From: an uncultured Pseudomonadota bacterium | GTDB taxonomy: Bacteria > Pseudomonadota > Alphaproteobacteria > Rhizobiales > Xanthobacteraceae | Direction: 5' to 3' | Assembly (NCBI GenBank): GCA_963725555.1 | Contig: CAVRYV010000012.1 | Span: forward strand, 197,962 to 261,961 | DNA: 64,000 nucleotides | Shown: piece by piece, positions 48,177 through 58,864 of the stretch | Layout: each line of letters begins with the position of its first letter | How positions within the stretch are numbered: the first letter of the stretch is position 1 | Translations under genes and position numbers: made by a program | The notes under the pieces: model-generated | The model's input: the letters and a program-made list of their open reading frames with translations, nothing else | What the model was told of the DNA's origin: nothing | Databases searched by the model: none

Positions 48177-49835
48177 TCAAGCCGCGACATTGCTCAGGAA
48201 ATGATCGATCGACGAGCGCAGGACCGCAGCCTGACTCGATAGTCCCTGCGCCGTGGTGAGCACCAGATCTGCCGAGCGGTTGGTATTTTCGGTCGATGCG
48301 GCTGTTCCTGCAATGCGCTCCGCGACACTTGCTGTTCCATTTGCAGCCCGACGAATATTTTCCGATATTTCGATCGCCGCCATGTTCTGCTGCCTCATGG
48401 CCTGCGCGATCGTCGCGGTAAAGCTGTCGATATCCGCCATCACGACGGTGATCGCGCCGACATTGTCCACAGCCCGTTTTGTCGCCACCTGCACTTCGGC
48501 GATCTGGGACGAGATTTCCTCGGTGGCCTTCGCGGTCTGGGTCGCGAGCGCCTTCACTTCTGATGCGACCACCGCGAAGCCGCGGCCGGCTTCTCCGGCA
48601 CGGGCCGCTTCGATGGTGGCATTGAGGGCCAGCAGGTTGGTCTGACCGGCGATGTTTCGGATAAATCCAACAACCTCGTCAATACGCTGGGCGGCACTGG
48701 CGAGGACTCCGATCGTCTCGTTTGCTTCACTGGCCATGACCGAGGCGCGCTGGACAACGCCGGTGGCGTCGTTGAGTTGCGCCGTGATGGTCTGCACCAA
48801 TTCTCCAAGCTGGTCGGCGGCAGCCGCGACGGTCCGTACGTTGGTGGATGTCTCGCCGGCGGTAGATGCCATCTCGGTCGACTGTTGACCGGCGGCGTAG
48901 GCGATCGATGACAGGGTTTGCGCCGTCTCGGTCAATTTGGCCGTCATGGCATCGGTATTGGTGAGCGCGGACGCGATGGCGGAACGGAAGACCTCGACTT
49001 CGGCTTCGATGCTCTGCCGTCGAGTGATCTGTTCCAGGTTCATCCGGTCCTTCGAGGACATCAGCGCGATGTCCTCGTCCGCGCGAACCTTCAGATTGTC
49101 CTGCATGACGGCAAGCGATTTCAGAAGCCGGCCGAGTTCATCGCGCCGGCGAACCACGATCTGGTCGGTGAAGATACCCGCAGCCACGCGCTCGGCGATC
49201 CGCATCGCGGCGAAGATCGGCTTGCTCATCGAATAAGCAAAAGCGACAGCAAGTATCAGACCAACCAATGCCGTCCCGATCGCCAGCACGAGCATAGTGC
49301 TACGCGCCTCTGCGACGGCAGCCTCCGCTTCCGTTCGGTAGTTGAAGCCATAAGCGGCAACCATCTCCACAAGATCATCAAGCGCGGCGACAGCCTCATC
49401 GCCGGCTTTTACCAGCGAGAAGGCCGCGGGAAGTTCAGTCAGTCCGCCGGCCCGCGGCTTGAGAAACTTCAATTCGGCTTCCGACCACTGGCGAAGACGG
49501 CCTTCCGCACGATCCAGCGCGGCAGCGACATCCTGGCTGACGACACGCTCACGCACGATTTTCAAATCGTCCGCGGCGCCCGCGATCAGCTTTTCGAATT
49601 TGACGGCGGTTTCCTTCGACCCATCCTCACCTTGGCTGCCTTGCACCAGGAGGCGGGCCTCGTTCAGGGCGGCATGCGCTGAACGTGCGAAGTTGATGCC
49701 CATCAACGGACCATCGTAAAGTCGCACAACGAGGTCGCCCGACGTGGAGATACCGCGAATGCCGAAAAATGCGAGCGCGCAGGCCAGGCTGATGACAATG
49801 CAGACAATCCCGAAAAGCTTGTAGCGAATCGACAT
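48177..49835 (-). CDS. Methyl-accepting chemotaxis protein
   Basis: TM - four-helix sensor - TM - HAMP; [34 protein letters not shown]. Confidence 0.93.
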   Translation of the reverse strand: MSIRYKLFGIVCIVISLACALAFFGIRGISTSGDLVVRLYDGPLMGINFARSAHAALNEARLLVQGSQGEDGSKETAVKFEKLIAGAADDLKIVRERVVSQDVAAALDRAEGRLRQWSEAELKFLKPRAGGLTELPAAFSLVKAGDEAVAALDDLVEMVAAYGFNYRTEAEAAVAEARSTMLVLAIGTALVGLILAVAFAYSMSKPIFAAMRIAERVAAGIFTDQIVVRRRDELGRLLKSLAVMQDNLKVRADEDIALMSSKDRMNLEQITRRQSIEAEVEVFRSAIASALTNTDAMTAKLTETAQTLSSIAYAAGQQSTEMASTAGETSTNVRTVAAAADQLGELVQTITAQLNDATGVVQRASVMASEANETIGVLASAAQRIDEVVGFIRNIAGQTNLLALNATIEAARAGEAGRGFAVVASEVKALATQTAKATEEISSQIAEVQVATKRAVDNVGAITVVMADIDSFTATIAQAMRQQNMAAIEISENIRRAANGTASVAERIAGTAASTENTNRSADLVLTTAQGLSSQAAVLRSSIDHFLSNVAA

Positions 49836-49862
49836 CAACAATCTCCGGCAGGCACCCAAAAA

Positions 49863-50183
49863 TTATTCGGTAACTTTCACCATGATCTTCATCCGCGGAT
49901 GGATGGCGCAAATGACCAGTACATCGCCCGCCTCCTTGAAGGTCACGTCCGTCGATGCTCCGGGTGGCTGTGACCCCAGGTTGAACTCATTGCCTTTGCT
50001 GGTCGACAGGATGTTGTGGGGAACACTGTCGTCGTTCAGAAAAGTCAGCGTGTCGCCCTTCTTGATGGCGACGCTCTCGGATGAGAACATGCGACCCTTC
50101 TGGCTGATCGTCATGTTGGCCGCCAAAGCGCCAACCGACAGACCGACGAGAACGACCGGAATGAGTGGAACCAGCTTGCGCAT
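49863..50183 (-). CDS. Cupredoxin (plastocyanin/amicyanin-like blue copper protein)
   Basis: Signal peptide; PHN ... CAIHPRM type-1 Cu ligands H/C/H/M; AAGGA RBS. Confidence 0.85.
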   Translation of the reverse strand: MRKLVPLIPVVLVGLSVGALAANMTISQKGRMFSSESVAIKKGDTLTFLNDDSVPHNILSTSKGNEFNLGSQPPGASTDVTFKEAGDVLVICAIHPRMKIMVKVTE

Positions 50184-50212
50184 CGGATATTCCTTGGGCT
50201 TGTGCTGAGGGT

Positions 50213-51292
50213 TCAACGAGGCAAAACCGGTACGGCGGTCGGATCGAGATTGCTTGTCAGTGTCTTCAGAAAGGCAACCAGGTCGGATTTATCCTGGGAG
50301 GAGAGACCGAGCGGCTTCATCAGGTCGGAGCGGCTTTGCCGCTCAACGCCGCCTTCGTCATAATGTTCGACCACCTGCTCGAGCGTGGCGATGGACCCGT
50401 CGTGCATGTAGGGACTTCGCCGGGTGATTTCGCGCAGGCCCGGCGTCTTGAACGCGTGCTGCATTTTGAGAACCTCAGGCAGAAACTTGCCGCGCCCGAC
50501 ATCGTTGCTCGGCAGCCCGATGTCCTGAAAGCCGTCATTGGTGAAGTTCCAGCCTTCATGACATGCTGAGCATTGGCCCTTGGTGTTGAAGACGACAAAG
50601 CCGCGTTTGGCTTCCTCCGAGATCGCCTGCTCGTTGCCGTCGATCCAGTCGTCGAAAGGCGCGCGCGCGGAAACCACTGTGCGCTCAAAGGTCGCGATGG
50701 CCTTCGCGAGGGTCTTGGGGCTGATGCTTTCGTCGGGAAAGGCCGTTGCGAACAGCGGCTTGTATTCGGCAATGGTTGCGAGCCGGCCCATGAGTTGCTC
50801 GATTGGCATGTTCATTTCCCCGGGGGACTGGATCGGACCGAGCGCCTGGTCCTCGAGGGTGGCAAGCCGGCCGTCCCACATGAAAACCGCGCCCCATGCG
50901 GCATTGATGATGGTCGGCGAGTGGCGGCCGAGCTTGGCCATGCCGTGACCGACGCCGACCGACAATCCATCGGCCCAGCCAAAACCCGGATTATGGCAGC
51001 TTGCGCAGGATTGCGCCGAGGTTACCGAGACACGCGTGTCAAAATAGAGCTTCTTGCCCAGCGCCATTTTTTGCGGCGTGTAGGGGTTATCCGCAGGAAA
51101 AGGAATCGATGCGGGTCGCCGGTATTGCGCCTTCATCGCATCGACGCTGGATGGCGCCTTCTGGTCGAGGGCGATACGCCGCGTTGCTCCGACAACGACC
51201 GAGCCAAGGCTTGTGCTTGCAAGGCCGAACATGCCGAGAGTGGTCGCTGCGACGGCCGTTCCAAGTAGAAGCGTTCGACCAAAGTGACGCAT
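50213..51292 (-). CDS. Di-heme cytochrome c peroxidase / MauG superfamily protein
   Basis: LGKKLYFD, CASCH, FMWDGR, CSACH, FKTPGLR, PYMHDGS. Confidence 0.9.
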   Translation of the reverse strand: MRHFGRTLLLGTAVAATTLGMFGLASTSLGSVVVGATRRIALDQKAPSSVDAMKAQYRRPASIPFPADNPYTPQKMALGKKLYFDTRVSVTSAQSCASCHNPGFGWADGLSVGVGHGMAKLGRHSPTIINAAWGAVFMWDGRLATLEDQALGPIQSPGEMNMPIEQLMGRLATIAEYKPLFATAFPDESISPKTLAKAIATFERTVVSARAPFDDWIDGNEQAISEEAKRGFVVFNTKGQCSACHEGWNFTNDGFQDIGLPSNDVGRGKFLPEVLKMQHAFKTPGLREITRRSPYMHDGSIATLEQVVEHYDEGGVERQSRSDLMKPLGLSSQDKSDLVAFLKTLTSNLDPTAVPVLPR

Positions 51293-51321
51293 GTTCGTCC
51301 TTTGCTGCCCGATTTTGTCGT

Positions 51322-51564
51322 TCAAGCGCGCGACCCGGTGTGGTGAGCGGCGGGAGCCGCGCCAATGCGATATCGCGCGATTTCCCAGTGCTGACGGGGT
51401 TCCTTGCGCCGGTCGATCAGCCCGGCGTTCGCCAGCCGAGCGAGCGCAGTCCTTGTTGAAATGAAGGCGCCCTCATCGATGATCGCGAAGATCTCGCGCG
51501 CAGTACGCCATTCGCCGTTGACCGCGGCCAGTGCCTTGTCTTCGATCGAGGGTAATTTCGTCAT
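51322..51564 (-). CDS. Small hypothetical protein (winged-helix-like)
   Basis: WRTAREIF...STRTALARLANAGLIDRR; co-oriented just upstream of the peroxidase. Confidence 0.5.
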   Translation of the reverse strand: MTKLPSIEDKALAAVNGEWRTAREIFAIIDEGAFISTRTALARLANAGLIDRRKEPRQHWEIARYRIGAAPAAHHTGSRA

Positions 51565-52054
51565 CCCACTGAACTCTTGCTAACGGAAGCGCACTCGTAT
51601 CTGAGGAACGTTTTATCCGGCCAGCCGCGTTCGTCTCAGCGGCGTCTGATTGAGGCCGACAAGTTGGACGACAGCGGTTGAGTACTATTGGCGCCTTAGC
51701 CGGGCTGCACGAGATCACGCGAGACGCATTTGTCACTGCGTCGTATTCTTCTTCCGCGCCGGCGCCGTTAGAAATCAGCTCCGCAGTCACCCGATAAAGA
51801 CCAACTCGCGAATCTTGCAATCATGCTCCATCGATGTGAACTTTGGTAGAGGCACGAAGTAAATATTAGTTATACGAAGTGCGTCGTAAATTCGGGATGC
51901 GTCGAGCCCGGTGTCATGCTCGACTTCTGTTTCAATACTCAAAACATGCTTCTGTAGTTTCATAATAAGGATGCGGGATCCCGCGCCGGTTGGCCTCGAA
52001 GCGCGGCGAAGGGCACGCCGCTGGCAAAAAAATAATTTCATATAGTAAATTCGA

Positions 52055-52930
52055 CTAGCCGATATCCCGCAGCAACGCCTCGATCGTCTTGCGCTCCTCC
52101 GCCGTCAAGGGCGCCTGAGGCGCAACGGGATCGCCAACCTCATAACCCCTAATTGCAAGCCCGGCCTTGATGCAGGCCGCCAGATTGTAGCGTGCGAACG
52201 CTTCGTTCAGGCGCCACAGCCGGCGCTGCAGGACCAGCGCCTCGTCCCAGCGCGCCGCCTTGCAAAGGTTATAAAGTTCGACACTCTGGCGCGGGATCAG
52301 GCAGGCCGGCCCCGCCATCCATCCCACCCCGCCGATCAGCATCACCGCGGCGGGGATGTGAGCGGATGCCGAGAACACTTTGATGCCGTCGCCGCAGCGG
52401 TTCATGATCGACAACAACCGCCCGGTATTGGTCGAGGCATCCTTGATGTATCCGATGCGCGGATGCGCGGCGAGCCGCGCGATGACATCGAGTGTCAGGT
52501 CCGAACGCTGGAATTGCGGATTGGTGTAGATCACCACGGGAATGTCGACCGAATCCGCAATGGCGCGAAAGTAAGATTCGATCTGGGCATCGGACAGCGG
52601 GAAATACGCTTCCAGAATGGCGAGGATGCCGTCGGCGCCGAGCTGCTGACAGGCTTTCGCCTGCGCCACCGCATCCGACGTCGAGGTCGAGGCGACGCCG
52701 GCGACGACCGGCACGCGTCCGTTCGCGGCCTCGATCGTGGTCCGCACCACCGCCGCGCGCTGCGTGTTGTCGAGATAGGCGAACTCGCCGGTCGAGCCGA
52801 GCGGCGTCAGCCCATGCACGCCGGATGCGATGAGATCCTCGCAGAGCCGGCCGAGCACATCGCTGCGGATTTGCCCGGAGGCGTCGACGGGAGAAACCAG
52901 ATAGGGAAAGACGCCGTGGAAATCAGCCAT
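52055..52930 (-). CDS. Dihydrodipicolinate synthase (DapA) family protein
   Basis: GSTGEF, IYTNP, YIKDAS. Confidence 0.9.
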   Translation of the reverse strand: MADFHGVFPYLVSPVDASGQIRSDVLGRLCEDLIASGVHGLTPLGSTGEFAYLDNTQRAAVVRTTIEAANGRVPVVAGVASTSTSDAVAQAKACQQLGADGILAILEAYFPLSDAQIESYFRAIADSVDIPVVIYTNPQFQRSDLTLDVIARLAAHPRIGYIKDASTNTGRLLSIMNRCGDGIKVFSASAHIPAAVMLIGGVGWMAGPACLIPRQSVELYNLCKAARWDEALVLQRRLWRLNEAFARYNLAACIKAGLAIRGYEVGDPVAPQAPLTAEERKTIEALLRDIG

Positions 52931-53187
52931 GATAGGGATCGGGCCTCAAAATACGATCTTTGAAGCCACAGTCTCGGCGTTTAGTACGGCAAGCGCAATC
53001 GATCCGGCGCACAGAAGGTTGCCGCCGACGGCATCTGATACTGAAGATGACGTAACGCCCGGCTTCGACGAATAGCTGGGTCCGACTTGCCCTCAAACCG
53101 ATTTGGCGGCCCGCAGAAACAGATGATGCCGAACATTTCACGTTTGGCTCTTCGCAAAGCCAAGCTGCCATTCATTGCCGTGCAATC

Positions 53188-53262
53188 TGGCGCTCCCTAG
53201 GGGAATCGAACCCCTGTTTTCGCCGTGAGAGGGCGACGTCCTAACCGCTAGACGAAGGGAGC
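53188..53262 (-). tRNA. tRNA-Glu (anticodon CTC)
   Basis: Reverse complement GCTCCCT...TCGCC-CTCTCAC-GGCGA...GTTCGATTCC...AGGGAGCGCCA. Confidence 0.97.
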
Positions 53263-53313
53263 GGACGCCTCAGGGAATAGCCTTGAAATCCGCCGGCCGC
53301 AAGATGGGCTGGG

Positions 53314-53646
53314 TCAGGGTTCGCTGACGAATTTCAGCCTGCCGGTGGGCTTCAGCGTGCGCGCGTCGAAGGTGCGGATTTCGGTCACACCGCCAATATC
53401 CAGCGTCACCATCAGCCGGTCGCGGGCGACGCCGGTTGCGACGATGCGGGCGCCTTTCGGCAAGGTTGCGGTGGTATCGGTGGCCACCACACTTCCCTCG
53501 GTGCGGAAAAGACGATAGCCGATGGCGATCAGGACGGCCGCTACCGCCAGCGCCGTGGTAAGGCCGGCAACCAGCATCAGCCGTCGCACCCGCGCAAACA
53601 GCGCGGCCTGCTCCGGTGTCGGCTCGGGTGCAACGATTTCGGTCAT
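53314..53646 (-). CDS. Small membrane-anchored hypothetical protein
   Basis: One TM helix plus beta-rich C-domain; divergent from rluD. Confidence 0.75.
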   Translation of the reverse strand: MTEIVAPEPTPEQAALFARVRRLMLVAGLTTALAVAAVLIAIGYRLFRTEGSVVATDTTATLPKGARIVATGVARDRLMVTLDIGGVTEIRTFDARTLKPTGRLKFVSEP

Positions 53647-53664
53647 GCAACGCTCTGCTTTAAT

Positions 53665-54765
53665 TTGCGGGTATTCTATTCACAAAACCAGTATTCACTT
53701 TTTCTCGGAACGGGTTTTGCGGAATACCCGTTGGAACAAGGCTCATTCTTGGAACAGCTTTCATCGTCAAATAGTGGTCAAAGGCTTGTCGTCACCGTGG
53801 CCGGCGACGAGGCATCACCCCGGCTCGACCGCGTGCTCGCGGTGCGCCGCCCGGAGCTGTCGCGATCACGGCTCAAGGCGCTGATCCTCGCCGGCCAGGT
53901 CACGATTGAGAGCACCCCGATCCGCGATCCCGCTTATCATGTCGCTGCCGGCGATACGATCACAATCGACGTGCCGGAGGCGGTCGCGGCCGAGCCGTTG
54001 GCTGAGGATATCGCGCTCGATATCGTCTATGAGGATGACGACATCATCGTCATCGACAAGCCCAAGGGACTTGTCGTGCATCCCGCCGCCGGGCATGAAA
54101 CCGGCACGCTGGTCAATGCGCTGATCGCCCATTGCGGCGCGAGCCTTTCCGGGATCGGCGGCGTCAAGCGACCGGGCATCGTGCATCGGCTCGACAAGGA
54201 CACCACCGGGCTGATGGTGGCGGCGAAGAACGACCGGGCGCACAAATCGCTGACCGAGCAATTCGCCGATCACGGCCGCACCGGCGCGATGCGGCGCGGC
54301 TACATGGCGTTCGCCTGGGACGTGCCCCATCGCCAGCGCGGCACCGTGGATGCGCCGATCGATCGGCATCCGCATGCGCGGGAGAAAATGGCGGTGCGCG
54401 AAAGCGGCCGCGAGGCCATCACCCATTGGGAAACCCAGGAATTTTTCCACGGGCGCGACGGCAAGCCGATCGCCGCGCTGCTGGCCTGTCAGCTCGAGAC
54501 CGGCCGCACCCATCAGATCCGGGTCCATCTGGCCCATATCGGTCATCCGCTATTGGGCGACGCTGTCTATGGTCCGCACTTCAAGACCAAGGCCAGCCAT
54601 CTCGGCCCCGAAAGCCGGGCCGCCCTGGCCGACCTCGGACGCCAAGCGCTACACGCATACCTTCTGGCGCTGGAACACCCCCGAACCGGGGCTATTTTGG
54701 AGTGGATTTCGGATTTACCCGGCGATCTCGCCCGGCTGAGGGATCGGCTGCGAGCGACGCAATGA
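53665..54765 (+). CDS. rluD: RluA/RluD family 23S rRNA pseudouridine synthase (true start probably TTG 53731 or 53749)
   Basis: S4 domain, IVHRLDKDTTG, GRTHQIRVH, RQALHA. Confidence 0.92.
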   Translation: MRVFYSQNQYSLFLGTGFAEYPLEQGSFLEQLSSSNSGQRLVVTVAGDEASPRLDRVLAVRRPELSRSRLKALILAGQVTIESTPIRDPAYHVAAGDTITIDVPEAVAAEPLAEDIALDIVYEDDDIIVIDKPKGLVVHPAAGHETGTLVNALIAHCGASLSGIGGVKRPGIVHRLDKDTTGLMVAAKNDRAHKSLTEQFADHGRTGAMRRGYMAFAWDVPHRQRGTVDAPIDRHPHAREKMAVRESGREAITHWETQEFFHGRDGKPIAALLACQLETGRTHQIRVHLAHIGHPLLGDAVYGPHFKTKASHLGPESRAALADLGRQALHAYLLALEHPRTGAILEWISDLPGDLARLRDRLRATQ

Positions 54766-54982
54766 CGCAGGGTTCGAAGAAAAGTCTCGCTATGCCAACA
54801 GGTTATGGCAGCCACACGGGGACGTGACCCCCGATCTCCTTCCAAAAGCCATTCGATTTGGTGTATGTTGCACCTGCGTTGAATATCCAACGCGGAACAT
54901 CGCAGCGCGACTGGCTTTAACACAAGCGGCCGTCTGCCTGGCCCGCCGCTATCGGGGGCCTGAACCACTGGAGGGCGCTAAA

Positions 54983-55882
54983 ATGGCCCGTACAGCTACC
55001 TTGCCGATTCTCAATGGAGAATCCGGCCTTTCAAGATACCTCGCCGAGATCCGCAAATTTCCGATGCTGGAACCCCAGCAGGAATACATGCTCGCCAAAC
55101 GCTGGCGTGAGCATGACGATCGCGACGCGGCACATCACCTTGTCACCAGCCATCTCCGGCTCGTGGCCAAGATCGCCATGGGCTATCGCGGCTACGGCTT
55201 GCCAATCTCCGAGGTCGTCTCGGAAGGCAATGTCGGCCTGATGCAGGCGGTGAAGCGGTTCGAACCCGAGAAGGGGTTCCGACTCGCTACCTACGCCATG
55301 TGGTGGATCAAGGCGTCGATTCAAGAGTACATTCTGCGTTCGTGGTCGCTCGTGAAGATGGGCACCACCGCGAATCAGAAGAAGCTGTTCTTCAACCTGC
55401 GCAAGGCGAAGAGCAAGATCTCCGCGCTGGACGAGGGTGATCTTCACCCCGACCAGGTGAAGCTGATTGCCAAGCGCCTCGGCGTCACGGACCAGGACGT
55501 GGTCGACATGAACCGCCGTCTCGGCGGCGATGCGTCGCTCAACGCGCCGATCCGCGACGACGGCGAAGCCGGCGAATGGCAGGACTGGCTGGTCGATAAT
55601 TCGCCCAACCAGGAAGCCATCATGGCCGAGCACGAGGAGTTCGATCATCGCCGCGAGGCGCTGAACGGCGCCATCGGCGTGCTCAACCCCCGGGAACGCC
55701 GCATCTTCGAGGCGCGGCGTCTGGCGGAAGATCCGATGACCCTGGAGGATCTCGCAAGCGAGTTCGGCGTGTCGCGCGAACGCGTGCGGCAGATCGAGGT
55801 CCGCGCCTTCGAGAAGGTGCAGTCCGCGGTCAAGGGCACCATCGCCCGGCAGGAAGAAGCCACGCTCCACGCCGCGCATTAA
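54983..55882 (+). CDS. rpoH: RNA polymerase heat-shock sigma factor sigma32
   Basis: GGAGG RBS; RpoH box QKKLFFNLRK; RFEPEKGFRLATYAMWWI. Confidence 0.95.
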   Translation: MARTATLPILNGESGLSRYLAEIRKFPMLEPQQEYMLAKRWREHDDRDAAHHLVTSHLRLVAKIAMGYRGYGLPISEVVSEGNVGLMQAVKRFEPEKGFRLATYAMWWIKASIQEYILRSWSLVKMGTTANQKKLFFNLRKAKSKISALDEGDLHPDQVKLIAKRLGVTDQDVVDMNRRLGGDASLNAPIRDDGEAGEWQDWLVDNSPNQEAIMAEHEEFDHRREALNGAIGVLNPRERRIFEARRLAEDPMTLEDLASEFGVSRERVRQIEVRAFEKVQSAVKGTIARQEEATLHAAH

Positions 55883-55908
55883 GTTACGCGGCATCTGCGC
55901 AAGAGACG

Positions 55909-55935
55909 AAAGCCGGCGGCGACGCCGGCTTTTTT
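55909..55935 (+). terminator. Rho-independent terminator after rpoH
   Basis: agccggcg-GCGA-cgccggct followed by a T-run. Confidence 0.85.
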
Positions 55936-56031
55936 GTTGGCGCATCGTCTGGCCCATTCAGTCACGGGCATTCTTGAACCTGCCGGCCCTGCCGCCCGAC
56001 CAAACGAGCGAGGCTTATGTTTGGGTGATCG

Positions 56032-56391
56032 ATGGCCATCACATTGCAATCGACCGTGGGCGGTTTCTCCCCCGAATTCATGCGTCAGCTTCCTGACCTT
56101 GAGCAGGCCATGGTCGCGCATGGGCTGGAGCCATCGCAATTCGTGATCTCAAAGGACTGGGCCACCCAGGCCGCGGTGCCGTTGCCTTTCCTCCGGCCGT
56201 TTTTCTACGACTACACGGTGTTCATCGGCGAAGAGAACTTCACCGTCACCGAGCCGAACGACATCAGGTTCCTGGATTATTTCTACCAGCGCTGCATCGC
56301 GGAGGACGAATTCGCACCGGCCGAGCAACGCATCGCGCGGCGCCCGGGCCTGATTAGCCGCGTCTTCCGCTGGATGGCAGAGCCGATTTGA
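56032..56391 (+). CDS. Hypothetical protein (119 aa)
   Basis: Globular, aromatic-rich sequence; converges on the amidase gene. Confidence 0.65.
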   Translation: MAITLQSTVGGFSPEFMRQLPDLEQAMVAHGLEPSQFVISKDWATQAAVPLPFLRPFFYDYTVFIGEENFTVTEPNDIRFLDYFYQRCIAEDEFAPAEQRIARRPGLISRVFRWMAEPI

Positions 56392-56405
56392 AGTTCTGCA
56401 AGTTT

Positions 56406-57029
56406 TTATTCGCCCCACTGCCGCGCCAGCGTCGCCAGCGCGCAGCCTTCGCAATAACGCGCGTCCTTATAGTCGATCCAATTATGCGCGTAGACGCGCT
56501 CCAGCGGAATGCCGTAGCGCGCCCGCAGCACGCGCACCAGAATCCGCCAGGCCGCGATTTGCGCCTCGGTGGCGCCACGGGTCACGTCCGGATAATTGCC
56601 GGCGAATTCCACCCCGATCGAGGTATTGGCGTTGACCTGATGAAAGGTCGGACCGTTGTCGATGTATTTGTTGTCGTTGCGATCGGCGCCGTCGGTATGG
56701 GTCGGAACCAGGTTTTCCGGCACCGCCCAATAGACCGTGCCGTCGGTTTCCACCCAAACGGTGACACCGCGTCGCGTCGGATTTTTCGCTTGCTCCTGCG
56801 CCCCGCCGCGAGCCGAGCCGGCAGGACCTTCGGTCTGATGTACGATGATATTGCGCCAGGGATGAGCCTTTGACACCTCGCCCCACGGCGCCAGCCAAAC
56901 CATTTTGAGGCCGGGAATTTCGGGCGTGCCCGACATCAGCGCCAGCGTCGCAAGATCGGGGGTTTGCGCGGATGCCGGAGCAAATATCGCAACGATGCCA
57001 AGCACCATCGCAAACAGGCGGAAGCTCAT
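56406..57029 (-). CDS. N-acetylmuramoyl-L-alanine amidase (Amidase_2/PGRP-like), exported
   Basis: Signal peptide; IIVHQT, SIGVEFAG, VYAHN..C. Confidence 0.75.
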   Translation of the reverse strand: MSFRLFAMVLGIVAIFAPASAQTPDLATLALMSGTPEIPGLKMVWLAPWGEVSKAHPWRNIIVHQTEGPAGSARGGAQEQAKNPTRRGVTVWVETDGTVYWAVPENLVPTHTDGADRNDNKYIDNGPTFHQVNANTSIGVEFAGNYPDVTRGATEAQIAAWRILVRVLRARYGIPLERVYAHNWIDYKDARYCEGCALATLARQWGE

Positions 57030-57064
57030 GGTCGGGATCCCGTGAACCTAAATTACTAGCACGC

Positions 57065-58288
57065 TCACGCCTGCTTGCGCAGGGGCCGGTCCGGCATCGC
57101 CATGGCGTCGATCGCGGGCGCCAGCGGCGGCGAAGGGTCGTAAACCGCATGCCGGTTCTTGCCCTCATTCTTGGCGACATAGAGCGCGTGGTCGGCGGCG
57201 GCGATCAGCCGGTCCGGAAATGCGCCCATGTCCCGGGTCCATTGCGCGACCCCGATCGAAACCGCGATCGGGATATCGGTGCCCACGCATCCTTCGGCGT
57301 CCTTGCGACAGATCTCGATGATCCGGCGCGCGATCATCGCGCCTTCGCGCAGCGTGCTGGCCGGCAGCACGACGCAGAACTCGTCGCCACCGGTGCGCGC
57401 CAGCATGTCGCCGGCCCGCAAACGCGTCTGCGTCATCAAGGTGAAATGCTGCAAGCAGGCGTCGCCAGCGGCGTGGCCGTGGGTGTCGTTGATCGCCTTG
57501 AAGCCATCGAGATCAATCACCAATAGCGCAAATGGCTCGCCGCAGCGTTCCGATATGGCACATTCCTCGGTCAGGCGCTGCAACAGACGTCGACGGTTGC
57601 CGACGCCGGTAAGATCGTCCAGCAGCGCCAGATCGGCGACTTCGTTGCGCAGCCGGTCGATCGCCATCAGCAGGAAGCCGAAATTCAACGACATCGACAG
57701 GAAGATCAGCATCAACACCAGCACCCACTGCACCGGATTGGACTGGAAGATCGAGAAATCGCCGCCAGGATGCAGCAGGGTCGCCGCGGTCCGGGCGGCA
57801 TAGAGGCTGATAATGAAAATGGCGACAATGCCCGCGAGCCGGGCGCCAGGGTTTTCGCGACCGTCCTGTCGCGACAGCAGCAGCTTCAGCGTCAGCGCCA
57901 GCGGCGCCGACTGACCCACCGAATAGACCAGGATCCGCATCGGCAGGCTGTCATAGCCGACGAGGAAGAACGCCATGCCGGCGAAACTCAATCCGGTGAT
58001 CACTGCGGAACTACGCCACAATACCGGCTGGCCGTAAAACCGCCTGATGCCCATCGCGGCGAGACAGGCGGCGAAAATCAGCACAGTGCCACCGAACAGC
58101 AGCGGCACCAGTGAATCCACAGCGAAGCGCAGCATTGCCAGCGCAGCACCACCGGCGCCCATGAACGCCGAAGCCGTCCAGAACCGCGCGGCCTCGAAGG
58201 CGGGGTAGCTGCGCAGGACGTAGGCCCAGATCAGGCCAACCGCGAGAAAATTGACGACGAACACTGTCCACAGTGTGGGAACGCTCAT
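57065..58288 (-). CDS. Membrane-bound diguanylate cyclase
   Basis: About 7 TM helices; DDLTGVGNRR, DLDGFKAIND, RTGGDEF. Confidence 0.92.
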   Translation of the reverse strand: MSVPTLWTVFVVNFLAVGLIWAYVLRSYPAFEAARFWTASAFMGAGGAALAMLRFAVDSLVPLLFGGTVLIFAACLAAMGIRRFYGQPVLWRSSAVITGLSFAGMAFFLVGYDSLPMRILVYSVGQSAPLALTLKLLLSRQDGRENPGARLAGIVAIFIISLYAARTAATLLHPGGDFSIFQSNPVQWVLVLMLIFLSMSLNFGFLLMAIDRLRNEVADLALLDDLTGVGNRRRLLQRLTEECAISERCGEPFALLVIDLDGFKAINDTHGHAAGDACLQHFTLMTQTRLRAGDMLARTGGDEFCVVLPASTLREGAMIARRIIEICRKDAEGCVGTDIPIAVSIGVAQWTRDMGAFPDRLIAAADHALYVAKNEGKNRHAVYDPSPPLAPAIDAMAMPDRPLRKQA

Positions 58289-58694
58289 CGTCGTAAGCCC
58301 CGTGAACGCATCGCCCTGCCCTCTTGTTCTTGAACTGGCCGCCCAGATGCCAATTCTTGCAGGCAGGATGCAGCCCCGCCGCTTAACGGAATCTCACCGC
58401 GACAGTCGCAATCTGCGCTTTGGTTTTGATTTAATGAACGTCTGCGCGCGACCGGCCGAAAGCGGCCTCCGACCCGGCTGCGCGCGCCGCCTGTCAGGGT
58501 TAACGATACGCCAACACGCCTCCCGCATGCCAAAACCGCATAACAACTGTGGATAACGCGATGACACCGCTGTGACGACGCGGGGCAGCGCCCCGCGAAT
58601 TTGTTGGGATCGTGTTCGAGGATGTTGCGAGGCTGGCCCTCCGCCGAGCATGCCTCGTGTCGCGTTTCCACCCATTAACCCAAATGAGGATGCT

Positions 58695-58763
58695 ATGGCT
58701 AAGAAAGCGAAGAAGGCTAAAAAGGCGAAGAAGGCAAAGAAGGCCAAGAAGTCCAAGAAGTGA
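58695..58763 (+). CDS. 22-aa Lys/Ala-repeat micro-protein MAKKAKKAKKAKKAKKAKKSKK
   Basis: GAGGA RBS 4 nt upstream; Ala codons vary (GCT/GCG/GCA/GCC); followed by hairpins and a terminator. Confidence 0.7.
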   Translation: MAKKAKKAKKAKKAKKAKKSKK

Positions 58764-58864
58764 CTTCAAGCCCGGGTGGAGCCTCGCTCCGCCCGGGCAC
58801 CCGGCGCCGGGCGCAACGAACTTAAGTGCAACGAGCTCGCAAGCGCAACGGCTTCATCGAAACG

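Noticed and set aside
58394-58756. Hydrophobic MDFLAFFAFF... ORF (possible type I toxin)
   Set aside because: Simply the reverse complement of the Lys codons; the plus strand has the RBS and terminator
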